The notes beneath the pieces are model-generated. The model was not told the origin of the DNA. It made no database searches and saw nothing but the letters and a program-made list of their open reading frames with translations. Positions 13,601 through 27,501 of a stretch of DNA of 64,000 nucleotides are shown piece after piece. Each line of letters opens with the position of its first letter. The first letter of the stretch is position 1. This DNA is from Adineta ricciae (Eukaryota), in assembly GCA_905250025.1 (NCBI GenBank), contig CAJNOJ010000062.1, positions 365,974 through 429,973 on the forward strand. Reading direction: 5' to 3'. The position numbers and the translations under genes were made by a program.

Positions 13601-15264
13601 ATAATGCAAATGTGCGGCTGTATGATAGAGAGAGAGAGAAACTCGAGGAAAAGAAAAAAAAGAATATTATTTTTTCGTACAAAATAGAACTGTAAGAATA
13701 AAAAGAGAAAAGAATAAAAAATAAGAAGATGGAATATAGATATAAATAGTCATTGTCTTCTAAGTCCAAATTTAATGAAGCAAATGCTCTTTTGTATATT
13801 GTAAAGATCATAGAAATAGCTAAAAAGTCACGTCGATGGATGAAACAAATGAGTTTATGATGTACGCTGTAGTTTTGATCAGATCAACTTTGAAGATGTT
13901 TGCGATATAAAAAAATGTGAACGTTAAGAAGTAGAAATGCCTACGTGTCACAAACAAACGTAAGAAGTGAAATAGAAGAATATGACGAGTTAGACATAAG
14001 AATTGATTGAATGTGTGCTGTGACTGTTAATACTTCTCCTTTTCTCTCCTCTTGTCGTTCATTGCGTTGGTTGAACTCATATACATCGAATCAGAGAAAA
14101 GAATATGATAATATATAAGGAAAAAAGCAAGACTTTATTTGTTAGTACTTTATCTAATTACAATAGGCATTTCCTTGCATTCATATCTCAGAAAAGAAAC
14201 ATCAAAAGATGAATGTTATTAATGTAGGATTACCTTCTAGTGAATCTCGAGAACGCGCAAAAGCAACGGAAAATCTGATTATGACTTGTTTTCTTTAGAC
14301 TTGTCTTAAATATTATGATAATAATACCGAACGCCTTGTTAACGCTCTTTTTGATAATACTGTTCCGGAAAATCTCAAATCTGAAACGACAACTACTGCG
14401 TCCGGAGTTTCATCGCGCACTACAACTGAAAATGACAACCCATTTTTGAGCGTGCCTGTGCCTCTTGTACAACAACGTGCCAACATATACGATAACGATG
14501 AATTCGACTTTTTCAATCGTGATGATGTCGATCGGTCGAGGATACATCGAGGAAAAAAGTACGTCAATGTCATCAGTTGACGAGCCTGATTGATTTGGTT
14601 TTCTGTTTAGAACACAAGATACATTGGCCATACTTGATGATAAATCCCATTTGGAAGGAATGAACGAACGCTATTCTCGTCTAGGACTGGTTAAAGATGA
14701 TACAGATGAAGAATATGATGATGAATACGATGATACATACGATGATGGAGTTGTCAATGTGAAGGATAAAGATGATGCAATTGATAATGAAATAGAAAAG
14801 AATACAAACAGGTTGGATATTTTTTCATTTCCTCTAAATTATCGAACGTTTTCAATAGATCAACTGGCAAACAACCAGGCCGTTATCGTCAACAATCGGA
14901 CGAAGACGAAGAAGAAAACCAGGGTGAAGATCAGGTAGTTTTCTCTTTAACATTGCTTTTGTTTATTCCTGTTATAAATCAATCTTGTTTCCAGAATAAA
15001 CGTCGCAGTCAATTTGTAGAAAATCCTGAAGTTGTCCGGGAAAGATGGGCACAGCAACGTGCGGCTTGGCAACAACGCCATCAACCACATCGTTCACATG
15101 GTCAAGAACAGCAACACGATGTCGTCGGCAACGCTCGTGGTCGTGGTCAAACAGCAGCAGTGGCGCACAATCGACGTTGGAAAGATTCACATAAAGGATC
15201 GCAGGCAAATCACAATCGACGGGATCGGGCTGCACAGAAATTAAATCGTGGCTTACTTTCTTGA
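10640..15264 (+). CDS. ASCC2: Activating signal cointegrator 1 complex subunit 2 (CUE-domain protein), multi-exon. One intron of about 1.8 kb hosts another gene on the opposite strand.
   Basis: MATPLDQQFRVEKKGVTEKRIPVL is followed by a GTAAAT donor at about 10711. The next exons read ...DEAAIEQWIERMTFICEDLTWLLQQSHAKFWCEVC... and ...RLSTHKES...LLSKMIGNIFKQQ..., matching the human ASCC2 N-terminal region (...YLERATFVANDLDWLLALPHDKFWCQV..., ...LRMSTHKES..., ...LLQKMIGNIFTQQ...). The CUE domain is split: ...MIQDMFPDLDEKYIQ ends at 12480 with a GCAAGT donor and resumes at about 14265 after a TTTCTTTAG acceptor with TCLKYYDNNTERLVNALFDNTVPENL.... Next comes ...NIYDNDEFDFFNRDDVDRSRIHRGKK (human ...NDEFDVFSRDSVDLSRVHKGK...), then an acidic EEYDDEYDDTYDDG exon, and a C-terminus ...SQANHNRRDRAAQKLNRGLLS* with its stop at 15262-15264. 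Confidence 0.85.
12520..13390 (-). CDS. Calcineurin-B-homologous protein (CHP / p22-type, N-myristoylated EF-hand protein). It lies inside the ASCC2 intron on the opposite strand.
   Basis: The first exon reads MGATPSIPDSIDVEEITNNTG and ends at a GTAAGG donor at about 13328; the leading Met-Gly fits N-myristoylation. A large exon at 12870-13320 reads ...LDRDGRGD...RLIKVILDDFGSDARLTFPQFVYFMSTF..., with EF-hand-like loops. The last exons read ...VGKISDEEASIIAEKVIAEFTDDQLNSKVSLETFETTLKTLDFNDKMGLKLLK*, which is colinear with the human CHP1 C-terminus ...[30 protein letters not shown].... An insert GGHEHRHHHHHHHSHSK with a poly-His run sits in the central linker. Confidence 0.8.
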
Positions 15265-15363
15265 AAAAATGAATCAGCTTAAATATCTATTTTTTGAATC
15301 TTGAATAAACACCCGTTGTTCTGAATTGTTCGGAGAAATCGATTGTTTTAAGTCTTGTTTTAG
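15265..15363 (+). promoter_or_regulatory. A 99-nt ASCC2-SRP72 intergenic spacer. It carries an AATAAA poly(A) signal at 15304-15309 and a polypyrimidine-AG 3' splice acceptor (cttgttttag) ending at 15363, directly before the SRP72 ATG. I read this as a candidate SL trans-splice acceptor and operon-type junction.
   Basis: The ASCC2 stop is at 15262-15264 and the SRP72 ATG at 15364-15366, on the same strand. The spacer reads ...gaataaacacccgttgttctgaattgttcggagaaatcgattgttttaagtcttgttttagATGGCG. Confidence 0.5.
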
Positions 15364-18300
15364 ATGGCGAGTGAGAAACAAGAGAAAATCGACGAACAGC
15401 TTCGTCCGTTGTACGCTGAATTACAAAAGCACGGCCAAACACAAGATTGGGACCGAGCGTTGAAGGTAACGAAGAAAAGTACGTGAAACTAACGAGAGTC
15501 CATTTCGATTTCTTTAATTGTTCGTTTCAATCTGTTTAGTATTGGGTGTTTCAAGTAATGAAAAGAAGGCTACGCAATGTAAAATCATTTGCTTAATGCA
15601 ATTGGATAAATTCGATGAAGCATTAACAACAATTGTGAAAAATACTGCGGATACAGCGTAAGTTACTTACATTGACGAGGATAAGAACTGGTTAATGCAG
15701 CAATTTGACGTCTCTTCTTTCTTTACTTGATTTAGGGATTTGATATTTGAACGTGCCTACTGTGAATATCGTCTTAACCGTATTGAAGATGCATTCAATA
15801 CATTGAAGAGCGTTGAGAGGGAATTAGACGAACGTGAACAAGAGCTGTTTGCTCAAGTGGTTAGTAGAACTAATTTGACAAATGAGTTTGCTAGATAAAC
15901 TTTCGTTCAGTTATTTAAATTGGAGAAGTATGCTGAATGTGTGGAATCGTATCGTTCATTATTAAAGAATAATGAGGATGAATATCAATCGACGCGGCAG
16001 GCAAATTTCATAGCAGCGTTAGCAACATGGAAATTAATCGATCCTTCGGCGAAAATCAAAATAGTGAGCGTAAATGTTGAAAGGTTCTATTTGAACGAAT
16101 GTTCTATTAGGAATCGAATGATCTCAGTGATGAAACATACGATACAACATACAATTCTGCGTGCGTTCTTCTTACCTCGGGTCAATATGTAGAAGCCGAA
16201 AGCAAACTTCGAAAAGCAGATGGTAAGATGAAATGAAGGAGGGAACACTGTCTTTTCTCATCAACAAATCATTATCTTTATATAAATAGCACAATGCCGA
16301 CGCGAATTGGAAGAAGAAGGAGATATGGCAGAAGATGAAATTTCACGAGAAACGGCTAATATCCGGTAAGCATTCATCTTTAGGAAAAATAACTCGAGCT
16401 GTATTCCATTCATTTTTTTCGTTCTTCCAAATCTTTCTTTGATAAGACTGTCTGAGCATAACAGCATAATAGGCAGCTAAAATAAACACTGCGCGCATTT
16501 TCTTTTCTGAATGTCTACTTAGACTGATGCGCACAAGTAAAGTACATTCCATTAGCTCGTAGTGAATAGAATAGCGAACAACAATGACTCATCAGTCTCT
16601 TGATTACAAGTAGTTGAAACGAACATCATCCTCAAGACATTGATAAAATATTCTTCGATGTTGCATTTCATAGTAACGATCATGTTAATTTATGTATATA
16701 GTATTACACACGAACGAAATACTGCTTTTATTTTAGAGTGCAGTTAGCGTATTGTCTGCAACAACAAGACAAAAATGTCGAGGCTCTAACACTTTACAAC
16801 GATGTTCTTAAGTCGAAGTAAGATCGGATTCTCTTTTGTCGACGGTCATATGTATGTATTGAATATTCGTAGACCAACCGATTTGGCTGTTATCGCTGTT
16901 GCTTCGAATAATTTGGCGGTATTGAATCGTGATCAAAATTTGTTTGATTCACGTAAACGTATTAAAACCGCATCAGCACCGGAAACTGAACCGAAATTGA
17001 ATGCATTCCAAAAGAAGGTTGTGCAAGTCAATGAAGCTTTGTTGGCGATTTACACTGGTCAAGTTTGTATTATATCAATAGAATTAACAAGAGAGTAATC
17101 GATGTTCTATTTAGCATGAAGTCGCCCGACGCATTCTTGATAAGATGGTACAAAAGAGCGACGATACGGATGATACAATTCCGTTGGCAAAAGTTTCGTT
17201 ATTAATGAAAGAAAAAAAATTAACTGAAGCTACTCAACTATTACAAGTAATAGAGTCTAGTTTGGGTGAACATTGCTTTCAGATGGTTTTGTAGGATTTC
17301 ATCCAAAGTGGTAAACAAAAGCAAGTCTCAATTTATTGCCGATTAACATATGTGCAACTTCTTCTTGCCCAAGGTTTGTGCCATTCTTATTCCGGATTTA
17401 ACAAAGCCGTCTTTATTTTTTAGGAAAAGTTAATCAAACATGTGATTATCTAAGAAGTGACGCTGAGCTTCTAGTCAAACCAGGCATAGTACGTCTTTTT
17501 CAACTGATACATGGAAACGATGCTTTACGTGTTATTATCATAGGTCGCGACGTTGGTAACACTTTATAATTATTTGGAAGATTCGAAATCCGCTGCAACG
17601 GTTCTCAATGAAGCTGTTGATCGTTTATACAATCTCGATCGAACGAAAGGGAAGACGTCTCGTGCATTGGCGTATCTAATCAAGCAAAATATCATCTATC
17701 AAGAAAAACAAGGCAATGCACAACGAGTGACAGAAATGCTTGAAATTCTTCATAAGTGAGCTGATATGGAAAGATCAACTTCGAATGCGTATTTTCTCTT
17801 AGGCTTTATCCGAATGATACAACTACTCTGTCGAAATTGATTGTTCATTATTTGAAATCGGATCCTGATCGAGCTAATCTGTTAGCACAAAAATTACCAT
17901 CGATTAAACAATTAGCTGAAGGCGTCGACGCGGATATGCTGGAGTCCACATTTGGTAAACGCGTGCAGAAAGCAGAAAAAACAACAGAAAAGTAAAAAGA
18001 TATACTGATTCTTGTCAATTGTTCTAGCGGAAATAATCTTATGTTATTGTAGAACGAAATCGGGTGATTCTAAATCAACGCCAGCAACTGCTGTAGCTAC
18101 AAACGCTACTAAACAAAAGAAGAGACGAAAACGAAAAAGTAGATCCTTATTTTCTCCGTTTCTTTCCAATTTTTGTGGCTTTTGTTTCTTTTCTCTAGTT
18201 CGTTTACCCAAGAAATACGATCCGTCATCAAAACCGGATCCCGAACGTTGGTTGCCATTACGCGAACGTTCTTACTATCGAGGAAAGCGAGGCAAACGCG

Positions 18301-18503
18301 GCAAACAAGCAGCCATTGGAAAAGGTACGCAAGGTGCTGTTGGATCCGATCAATCAGCAACGACGACAATGACAACAGCAACTGGCGCTCAACGATCGAT
18401 GCCAACATCAAAAACAACAACTGGTGGAGCGACGTCAACTCAACCTAAACCAACGCCACCGTCTGGCAAAGTAGCCGGAAATAAACGAAGAGGAAAACAT
18501 TAA
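15364..18503 (+). CDS. SRP72: Signal recognition particle 72 kDa subunit, multi-exon (TPR-containing).
   Basis: The N-terminus reads MASEKQEKIDEQLRPLYAELQKHGQTQDWDRALKV... with a donor GTAACG just after. The C-terminal exon (ORF 18012..18503) contains ...PKKYDPSSKPDPERWLPLRERSYYRGKRGKRGKQAAIGKGTQGA..., which is essentially the invariant SRP72 RNA-binding motif (human PKNYDPKVTPDPERWLPMRERSYYRG...GKGTQGA). A lysine-rich tail follows. Internal exons are TPR-like (...AVDRLYNLDRTKGKTSRALAYLIKQ...). Confidence 0.85.
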
Positions 18504-19207
18504 GTATTTTTTTTGCGTTTTAAACTGTTTTATGGACATCACTTTTTAGCAATAAAAACGTGGATTGAAAATCTTATTCCAGTATACATCTAACCTTCTT
18601 TTGTTTTCTTTAATTTACAATAAAGTGGCATGTGTCACTTAGCTTTAAGATGAGTTTTGTACACAAAAAGAACCTGTTATTCCCGACTCAGAGAAATGAT
18701 CGATCAAACTTTATGAGCAAATAATATGGCAAAACACTTATCTTCTACCATCATCTACAAAACTATGATATACGTTTTCATATTTTATTTCGAATGATAA
18801 ATACAAATCCATATGATGATAAGATTCGTTCTAACTAAAAATATTTTAGCAGTTTCCTTGCTACAGGAAGTATTGTCTACGTGAACTCATACACAGTTTA
18901 GTAGCATGTTTGAATGTACGTTCAGCGACACTGAGCGATGCGTTTAAAATGAAACATATTCTGTACAGTTTAAGATATACTGCTAATGCAAACCTTGGTG
19001 GTACCGCTTATAGCTTTCGATATTATGAACATATACATAGCGTGTATAGGATAAATGTTAGATCAATGAGATTGAGAGAGAGAGAGAGAAAGCGAGAAAG
19101 AAAGAAAAAGAAGAAAACGATTGAATAAATTTAAAAACAAATGAGAAATATTCCACTGTTCGAAATTAATAAAGAATTAGAAAAGGAAGAATTTGAGAGT
19201 AGAAGAA

Positions 19208-20908
<1,701 letters not shown>

Positions 20909-23900
20909 GATCACAATATAGGTTTCGAAAACGGAATGATAAATAATCACATAAAATTCTAAAAATATATTCAAATACACAACCAATCATCCTTTATATA
21001 TGTGTTTCTTTTTCTCGTATTAGATATGTCTGTTTCAGTGATAGTGAATAGAAAACTTCCGTTTTTCTTCATTACCTATCAACATCCACTCACTGAGCGC
21101 AAACGGCAGCAGCTGGAGAAAGTCATTATCAGCCGACCGATAGAAAAGGCTCTCATATTGACTGGCGAAAAAAATATTTTTTACATTCCTATCAAACAGA
21201 TATCTAAATGTTAGAAATCAGATGGAGCGATTGAATAAATCATGAGCGCTCGGGAAAAAAGCAAAATGAACGTAGAACTTGTCAAACTATACTCTTCAGC
21301 TAACAACAATATGACCTCTCCTTTCCTTTCCTTTCTTTCTTGCACTCTCAACACTCGCGTTACTATTATTTGGGCGCAAAAAAAAAGAAAGAAAAAAGTG
21401 AGAGAATGGTACTAAATGATGAAGTTACTCATCGAAACAATGAAAAGTTTATTTCGGGTGCCTTAAAAGTTGATCTTCTTCGCATAAACAAAAACAAGAA
21501 ACATATAATTATCCTCACCCTTGCCCTCAACAGTATAGATAATCTCAAGTTTCTATGTCTCGGTAGTACGCGTTTTTTTTGTCTACGAATGAATAATACT
21601 ATCTGCCTGTCAAAAGCGATAGATTTGAAATTGATTTAATGCAAAAAAAAACGAGTATATATAGAACTTGTGAGTCATTGAACAAAATATCATGCTTTAC
21701 ATTCTTGACAATCAATGCGAACGAGAAGGAAAGAAGAGAGAGAGAGAACTACATTATAGAACAACACGTTTATTTATTTTTTAATGGTTGACTGTTGAAA
21801 CCAGTGATTGTAAATAATCGATTTTTTATCGAGAAATTAAATTCGAAAAATCTCAGCAGTTTTCCATTTTTTTAATTTATTCATAGGTATAACGTATTTG
21901 ATCGATTTTCTATATGACTATGAAAGAATGGGACGTTTAGCATAGATGGCGGTAGAAGGTAACACGAGCTGTGTTACAATTTAAAACGCCGTATGAACAT
22001 TTCTTAACTGAGTTTCACTCGGAATAATCTTTGAAAATCATGACAGAATACAATGGTCTTCCTTTATCGTATAAGACCATAGAATACAGTGTTAGAATAC
22101 GGGTATAATACGATCAACTGGTCTCTCAGTTTAGTAATTTCTCGTATATCTTTCAGTAGATTTGACTGCTGGTGATGTAGTTCAACTAACTACTCATAAC
22201 GCCAAATCATCACCATAAAATTATCAATTTTCTGTATTTGTACTGAGGGATGAGGAGCTGGCGGTGTAAATTAATCTGTCAAGATGACTGATACTGTGAA
22301 GAGAAGATACTTTAATTAAAAAAGACCTCGATAGACCGAGTATATTGTCTGAGACCTTGCAACAACGATGATATAGCATACGCGATTTAGACGACCTAAT
22401 CCATCAAGTATTGGATGAACTGACATGATGCAGCAGAATTGAAACAATTTCAAAATGGCATAATACCCAAATGTCTATGCGCCACTGCTTGGCTCGAACT
22501 GACATTTTTTGTTCCCAATCCACACCAAAACGACTTCGATACATAGCATTTTCGCATCGTTAACACAGTGTCGCGTTCCTCACCTAGATCTTGCCCCTTT
22601 TCACAACTTTCTCTTTGCAGTTCTTAGCATATAAAAAGCATCAAATGTTACCATGTTCTCGGAGACGGCTATAATCCAAAAAATTAATAATCAGAGATAA
22701 ATCTCATATTCATCAGAATCCAAAATTTAAAAGTAATGCCTCGAATATACAGCAGGCAACGCTTTTTTCCAAGTCGAATGCTTCTCGTTCGATTCAGATA
22801 TAAAAAGAATCTCTTGTTTAATTGTTAATTGCATAATTTGCACAAACGTCTCAGACGCATTACTATTTGTATGAATTGATCAATGCATTACATCTGATTA
22901 TTTATTAAAATGATTTTCTATTTCTGTAACTAAAATTTTTTCATTGATCAATTACATTTGCATATTCATATTCCCCGTATGGAAACAACAAAAGAAGATT
23001 ATTTCGTGACAACGATAAACAGTTTCATAGTTACCAGATGGTCGACGATGCACCAAAGTGCAACTCATTTAATCCACACGAACTTGTCTTTGCGCTTTTA
23101 TCGTTGAACTCATAGATCAAAAACGAAACTATAAGGTGCATCACCGTCTTCGTCGACTACCATATGGTCTCATGTGAAATTGTTCGAATTTGACCCACCC
23201 ACTTTTGCTGGTCAGCTTCTCTCGAGACATGTCCACATATATCACTCGTTTTCTCATTCACGTCACAGGCAAGAGAGAAAAAAAACGAAAGGACAATCTA
23301 TCAAGGGACTTATCATTGTAATCCAGGTAGATTGATCGATGAGACTAGTCGATTTTTGTTTCGTTCCATCTGGTTACAAATGAGAAGAAGAAAAAAAAAG
23401 TAAATTGTTGTTTTCTTTTCTTTTCTTTTGTTTTTCAACGCTCAAAGCTATCCCACGACACGATCACGATTAGCACAATTCTTTCGATTCATTTGCCATC
23501 TCGCACCGAATGTCAACAAATCTTGTCACCAAACTCTCCATATGTCTTATCTTAACAAGAATAACATGAACACGGAAAGAAGAAGAAGAAAATCGATGGT
23601 AATCAATACGCTCGAACAATTATGATAAGCAATAGTCTGAAGTGTCATCTGAGAATACTCTCACAAACGGACAATGTCATATAGACATAGCAACAGTAGT
23701 CGTCGATCGATTGATGACGTGACGAACACACGCATGAATGTAAAGAGCGTGTTTCACTCATCATCACCATCATCATCATTGCCACCACCACAGACAAGAA
23801 GCAGAAACGAGATCAGAAATAGTTTTCATACAAAGAAAAAGAAGAAAGAATAGAGCAAATTTTCCATCTGTTCTTTTTCTCAGTTGAACAAAAACAGTTC

Positions 23901-25274
23901 GAAACTAGTAGTTTACTTCGAGCAAACATATCAACAGGTCGGGAATACATACACACATACACATGTCGACACCTTTTGCTTCCGATCTGATGCGTAACAA
24001 TGTATTAAAAATTGATTCGCTTTTTTCAACCTACGCGGCTACCTATGTTGATCATTGCCTAGAGGGCAAGCACACAAGAATAATATTTCAGTTAATGAGA
24101 AACGGAAATCTTCCATCTCAACAAGTATCTAGTAAATACAAGATCAAAGAAGCGAATGATGAGTAGATGGTAAAACGAGGAAGAAGAAAAAAACGTAATT
24201 AACTTTTTTTTTTCGATGAGCTTTCCAAGCAAAACTTTTGCTGCGATATTTTAAATATGAATTAATCTTTATCACTGAATAAATTATCTTTGTGAATAAA
24301 AAGAAAGTCTTGTGCGCATTTCTTTCCTTCTGTCTCTCTCTGCCTTCCTTTTGCTGTATGCATCTCGATGGTCTTTATTTAACATGCAGAGAGAGAGAGA
24401 GAGTTGGAACAAAAAAAAAGTAAAAAAAGAATTGGATATAACGTGAATAGTTGATGATGCTTGTTGTGCACCGTTCATTTGTTTAAATGGGCTTTTACGA
24501 GTATTAACTTATTTATATCATTTCTTTTTTGTCTTATTGTGCATGACAATAAAAAAAGCGAAAGAGAATTCAATTGAATTAAAGTAAGAGAAAAGATAAT
24601 ACTAGAAGAAAGAGAGAGGGAGAGAGACAGGAGCAAACGAAGAACATCTAACTGATCGTCGCCTTGCGTGTCGCTTGTGCTTGGGGAAATCTTCTTCTTC
24701 GTTTTCTTCCCTCTTTACTCTGCTAAAGATGACAGACAGATGGATGAATAAAAAGAAAGAACCTGTTCATTGGTTGATGAGAAAATTGTTCGGCCAATGA
24801 GAAAATTTCTCTTCATTCTCTCGCAGGTAAATTTTCTTTCTCTCATATTTAATCACAGAAAAAAAATGAGTTCCTTCTCATTTTTTATTTATCATTAATC
24901 ACTCACGGAATGAATGTTAGTAACACATAGAACGAGAAGAAAAGGAAAAACTCATATTTTCACTCTCACGTCCATAAGAAATTCAGTCGAAATAAAACCA
25001 AGCAATAACTCTTACTCAACACATCGATTATATCTTTCTCTTTCTCTTCTTTTCCTCTTCCTTCTCAAATGTGTGAATATTGAAAAATTATTCTGATCGA
25101 CTGCATTTCTTCTTCTTTTTAAGTATGTATATATTTATTTATTATTTAGTACATACATAAAAAACATCAACAAAGATATATAATTAGTGAAGTGTGTCAA
25201 GAATTATTTCGACTCATTGATAATAATAATGAAATGTTAACAGACAAGTAAATTATTCATCGAAACAAATCGAT

Positions 25275-26512
25275 ATGCTTACTAATACAAACACATCACC
25301 TGCTGATCAAGCAGCAAACAAATTGTCATTTTCAAATGCAGCAAGTGGAATGGCGAATTCCAATTCAATGCCAAATACCAATAATCGGTATTCACCAAGT
25401 AATTTCTACCGAGCTGCAGCTGTAGCTGCAGCAACAAGCGATCCGAACAATCGGCGATACATGCCAAGTACACCGGTACAGAGAGTTTTCTTTGCTAATC
25501 ATTCGTTTTTTTCTTCATACGGAAGTTATATTTATAGTGGGCCAAATCGAATTGTTTTGGTGACAGTTTCAAATTCGAACCGAATGTAAGTAGTTCGAAG
25601 GAGATTTTCTGTGGAAGGCAAATGAACTTTTCATCCTAGAGTTTATTTTGTTCAACCATTGACGACAATTTCCTTCGTCAAGCCGAAGCTTTAGCCAAAC
25701 CTGACTCGTCATCGCTTTACTATCCCTCTCCATTCGCCTGTTCATCAACAGCAGCGACTGCTTCTTCATGCTCCTCATCGGTAGCCAATGCTTATCCGGG
25801 TACATCATCAATGGAATCTCATCTCTTATCCGAACATAATCATCACAATCATCACTCGCATGCCAATTCCGATTTACATCCATTCTATCAACGTCAATAT
25901 GCCGCAGCCGCTGTCGGTGTTCTACCAGGTATGGTTGTTGGAATGCATCATCATAGCGTTGTCGGTAGTCTTGTTCCTCCTCATGAACTCGATGTTGATC
26001 CACGTGAATTAGAATCGTTTGCTGAACGTTTTAAACAACGTCGAATCAAACTAGGTGTCACTCAAGCCGACGTCGGACATCAGCTGTCGAAATTAAAAAT
26101 GCCCGGCGTCGGTTCGCTGTCTCAATCAACCATATGTCGATTTGAGTCATTGACATTATCACATAACAATATGGTTGCGTTGAAACCAGTTCTTCAAGCC
26201 TGGTTAGAATTTGCCGAGGCGGAAATGCGACAAAGGAAAAAAGAAGAAATGAACGGTAGCATGATTGGTATGAGTGGACACATTAGTTCAGGTGGAAGTT
26301 TAATTGACAAGAAACGTAAGCGCACGTCGATCGCGGCACAAGAAAAGCGCTTCTTGGAATCATGTTTTATTCAACAGCAAAGACCAAGTGGAGAACGTAT
26401 TGCCCAAATAGCCGATAAACTTGATTTGAAAAAAAATGTTGTTCGTGTTTGGTTTTGTAATCAGCGACAAAAAAATAAACGTTTACGATTCGCTGCTGGC
26501 CAATCAGCATAA
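25275..26512 (+). CDS. POU4F: POU class-4 homeobox transcription factor (Brn-3 / unc-86 family), with POU-IV box, POU-specific domain and POU homeodomain. At least two exons; the true N-terminus may lie further upstream.
   Basis: The POU-specific domain reads ...RELESFAERFKQRRIKLGVTQADVGHQLSKLKMPGVGSLSQSTICRFESLTLSHNNMVALKPVLQAWLE.... The homeodomain reads KKRKRTSIAAQEKRFLESCFIQQQRPSGERIAQIADKLDLKKNVVRVWFCNQRQKNKR. Both are near-identical to Brn-3/POU4 consensus (FAERFKQRRIKLGVTQADVG...; KRKRTSIAAPEKRSLEAYF...VVRVWFCNQRQKQKR). Exon 2 begins with ...DDNFLRQAEALAKPDSS..., which corresponds to the POU-IV box (...LLARAEALAAVD...). Exon 1 (25275-25586) ends in a GTAAGT donor. His-rich low-complexity (NHHNHHSHANS) is also present. 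Confidence 0.9.
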
Positions 26513-26790
26513 CATCCAAGAAAGATCCAAGAAATCCGTCCATTTCAATGAGTTTATATATACCCCTCTTTTTTTTGTCGTTCTTTTTAGCTGTTGTCTT
26601 TTCATTTTCAACTAATGTTGTCTTCTTTTAGCAGTTAATCTCTATTTTCTAGCACAAAGTGTATTTTCTTTGTTCTACAACAATATGGATCAATTGAAAC
26701 TGTCTTCTATATTTTTTTTTCTAGACAAACTTTCTTGACAGCATTTTTTCGTCTAATCAATGAAATGTACAAATGAAATATACACGTATC

Positions 26791-27501
26791 CTAAATAGAA
26801 TTTTCTGTTCTAGATGGACTCTGTTGCTGTTTTGCGATGTGCTGAATAAATTCAATGATAAACATTTGTAAACGGACGTCTGGTGGCTTATTCGTTGCGT
26901 GCATACATGACACACCAGCTTTCTCTAATCGCGTTTGCTGTTCTAACATCTTCTGATCAAGATCTAAGATGATTTTCATGTCGAACCGTTGTTGTTCGTC
27001 GGCTATTCGTTTCACAAACGTCTACATAAAAGGTTTTGAATTTGTGCGTGAAAAAGAGCGACCTACTTCAAATTCGCTTTTATTTGCAGATTGAAGAAGA
27101 CTTAGATGTTGTGGCCGGTCGGCACAGCGAGCTTCATCTTCGGCATGTCTCCGAACGAGATCCATTTCTTGTTCTAAAGAAATCTGTTTACATGGTATAT
27201 TGCAGAGAGAGAGAGAGTAACGTTTCACCTTTTGCTTTCTGAACTAATTTCTGTCGTTCATTGAACAAAGTTTTTTCTGTTCGTTCCTGTGTTTCTTGTA
27301 AACTATTGATAATATCGATGACATTTCTGTCGAGCGAGACAGTGATCAAATGTTCAATAAGATCATCATTTTCAAAACGTTCTTGTAGTTTTCTAAATAA
27401 TTGAGAATGTGCAACGGAAGTTTCCCCGACGAGATGTTTGGTTTCCTTACGCTGGTAGACTGCTTATCATGTGTTTTAGTTGTTCTGCAATTTGTTGACG
27501 A
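26791..27501 (-). CDS. DGCR6: DGCR6-like protein (DiGeorge critical region 6 / gdl family), about 4 exons.
   Basis: The spliced reading gives MNRQQIAEQLKHMISSLPA|KLQERFENDDLIEHLITVSLDRNVIDIINSLQETQERTEKTLFNERQKLVQKAK|EQEMDLVRRHAEDEARCADRPQHLSLLQSANKSEFEV|...KRIADEQQRFDMKIILDLDQKMLEQQTRLEKAGVSCMHATNKPPDVRLQMFIIEFIQHIAKQQQ.... The last exon aligns with human DGCR6 ...[62 protein letters not shown] and GTGAAA donors and TTATTTAG and TTCTTTAG acceptors are visible. Confidence 0.7.

Noticed and set aside
14972-15244. An antisense 87-aa ORF and an alternative-frame 70-aa ORF over the ASCC2 terminal exon.
   Set aside because: The ASCC2 frame gives the conserved ...ANHNRRDRAAQKLNRG C-terminus. The others show no homology and are explained by the GC-richer coding segment.
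18109-18448. Overlapping antisense and alternative-frame ORFs (109 aa and 91 aa) inside the SRP72 C-terminal exon.
   Set aside because: The SRP72 frame carries the invariant PDPERWLP...RERSYYRG motif. The other frames are by-products of the lysine/purine-rich coding sequence.
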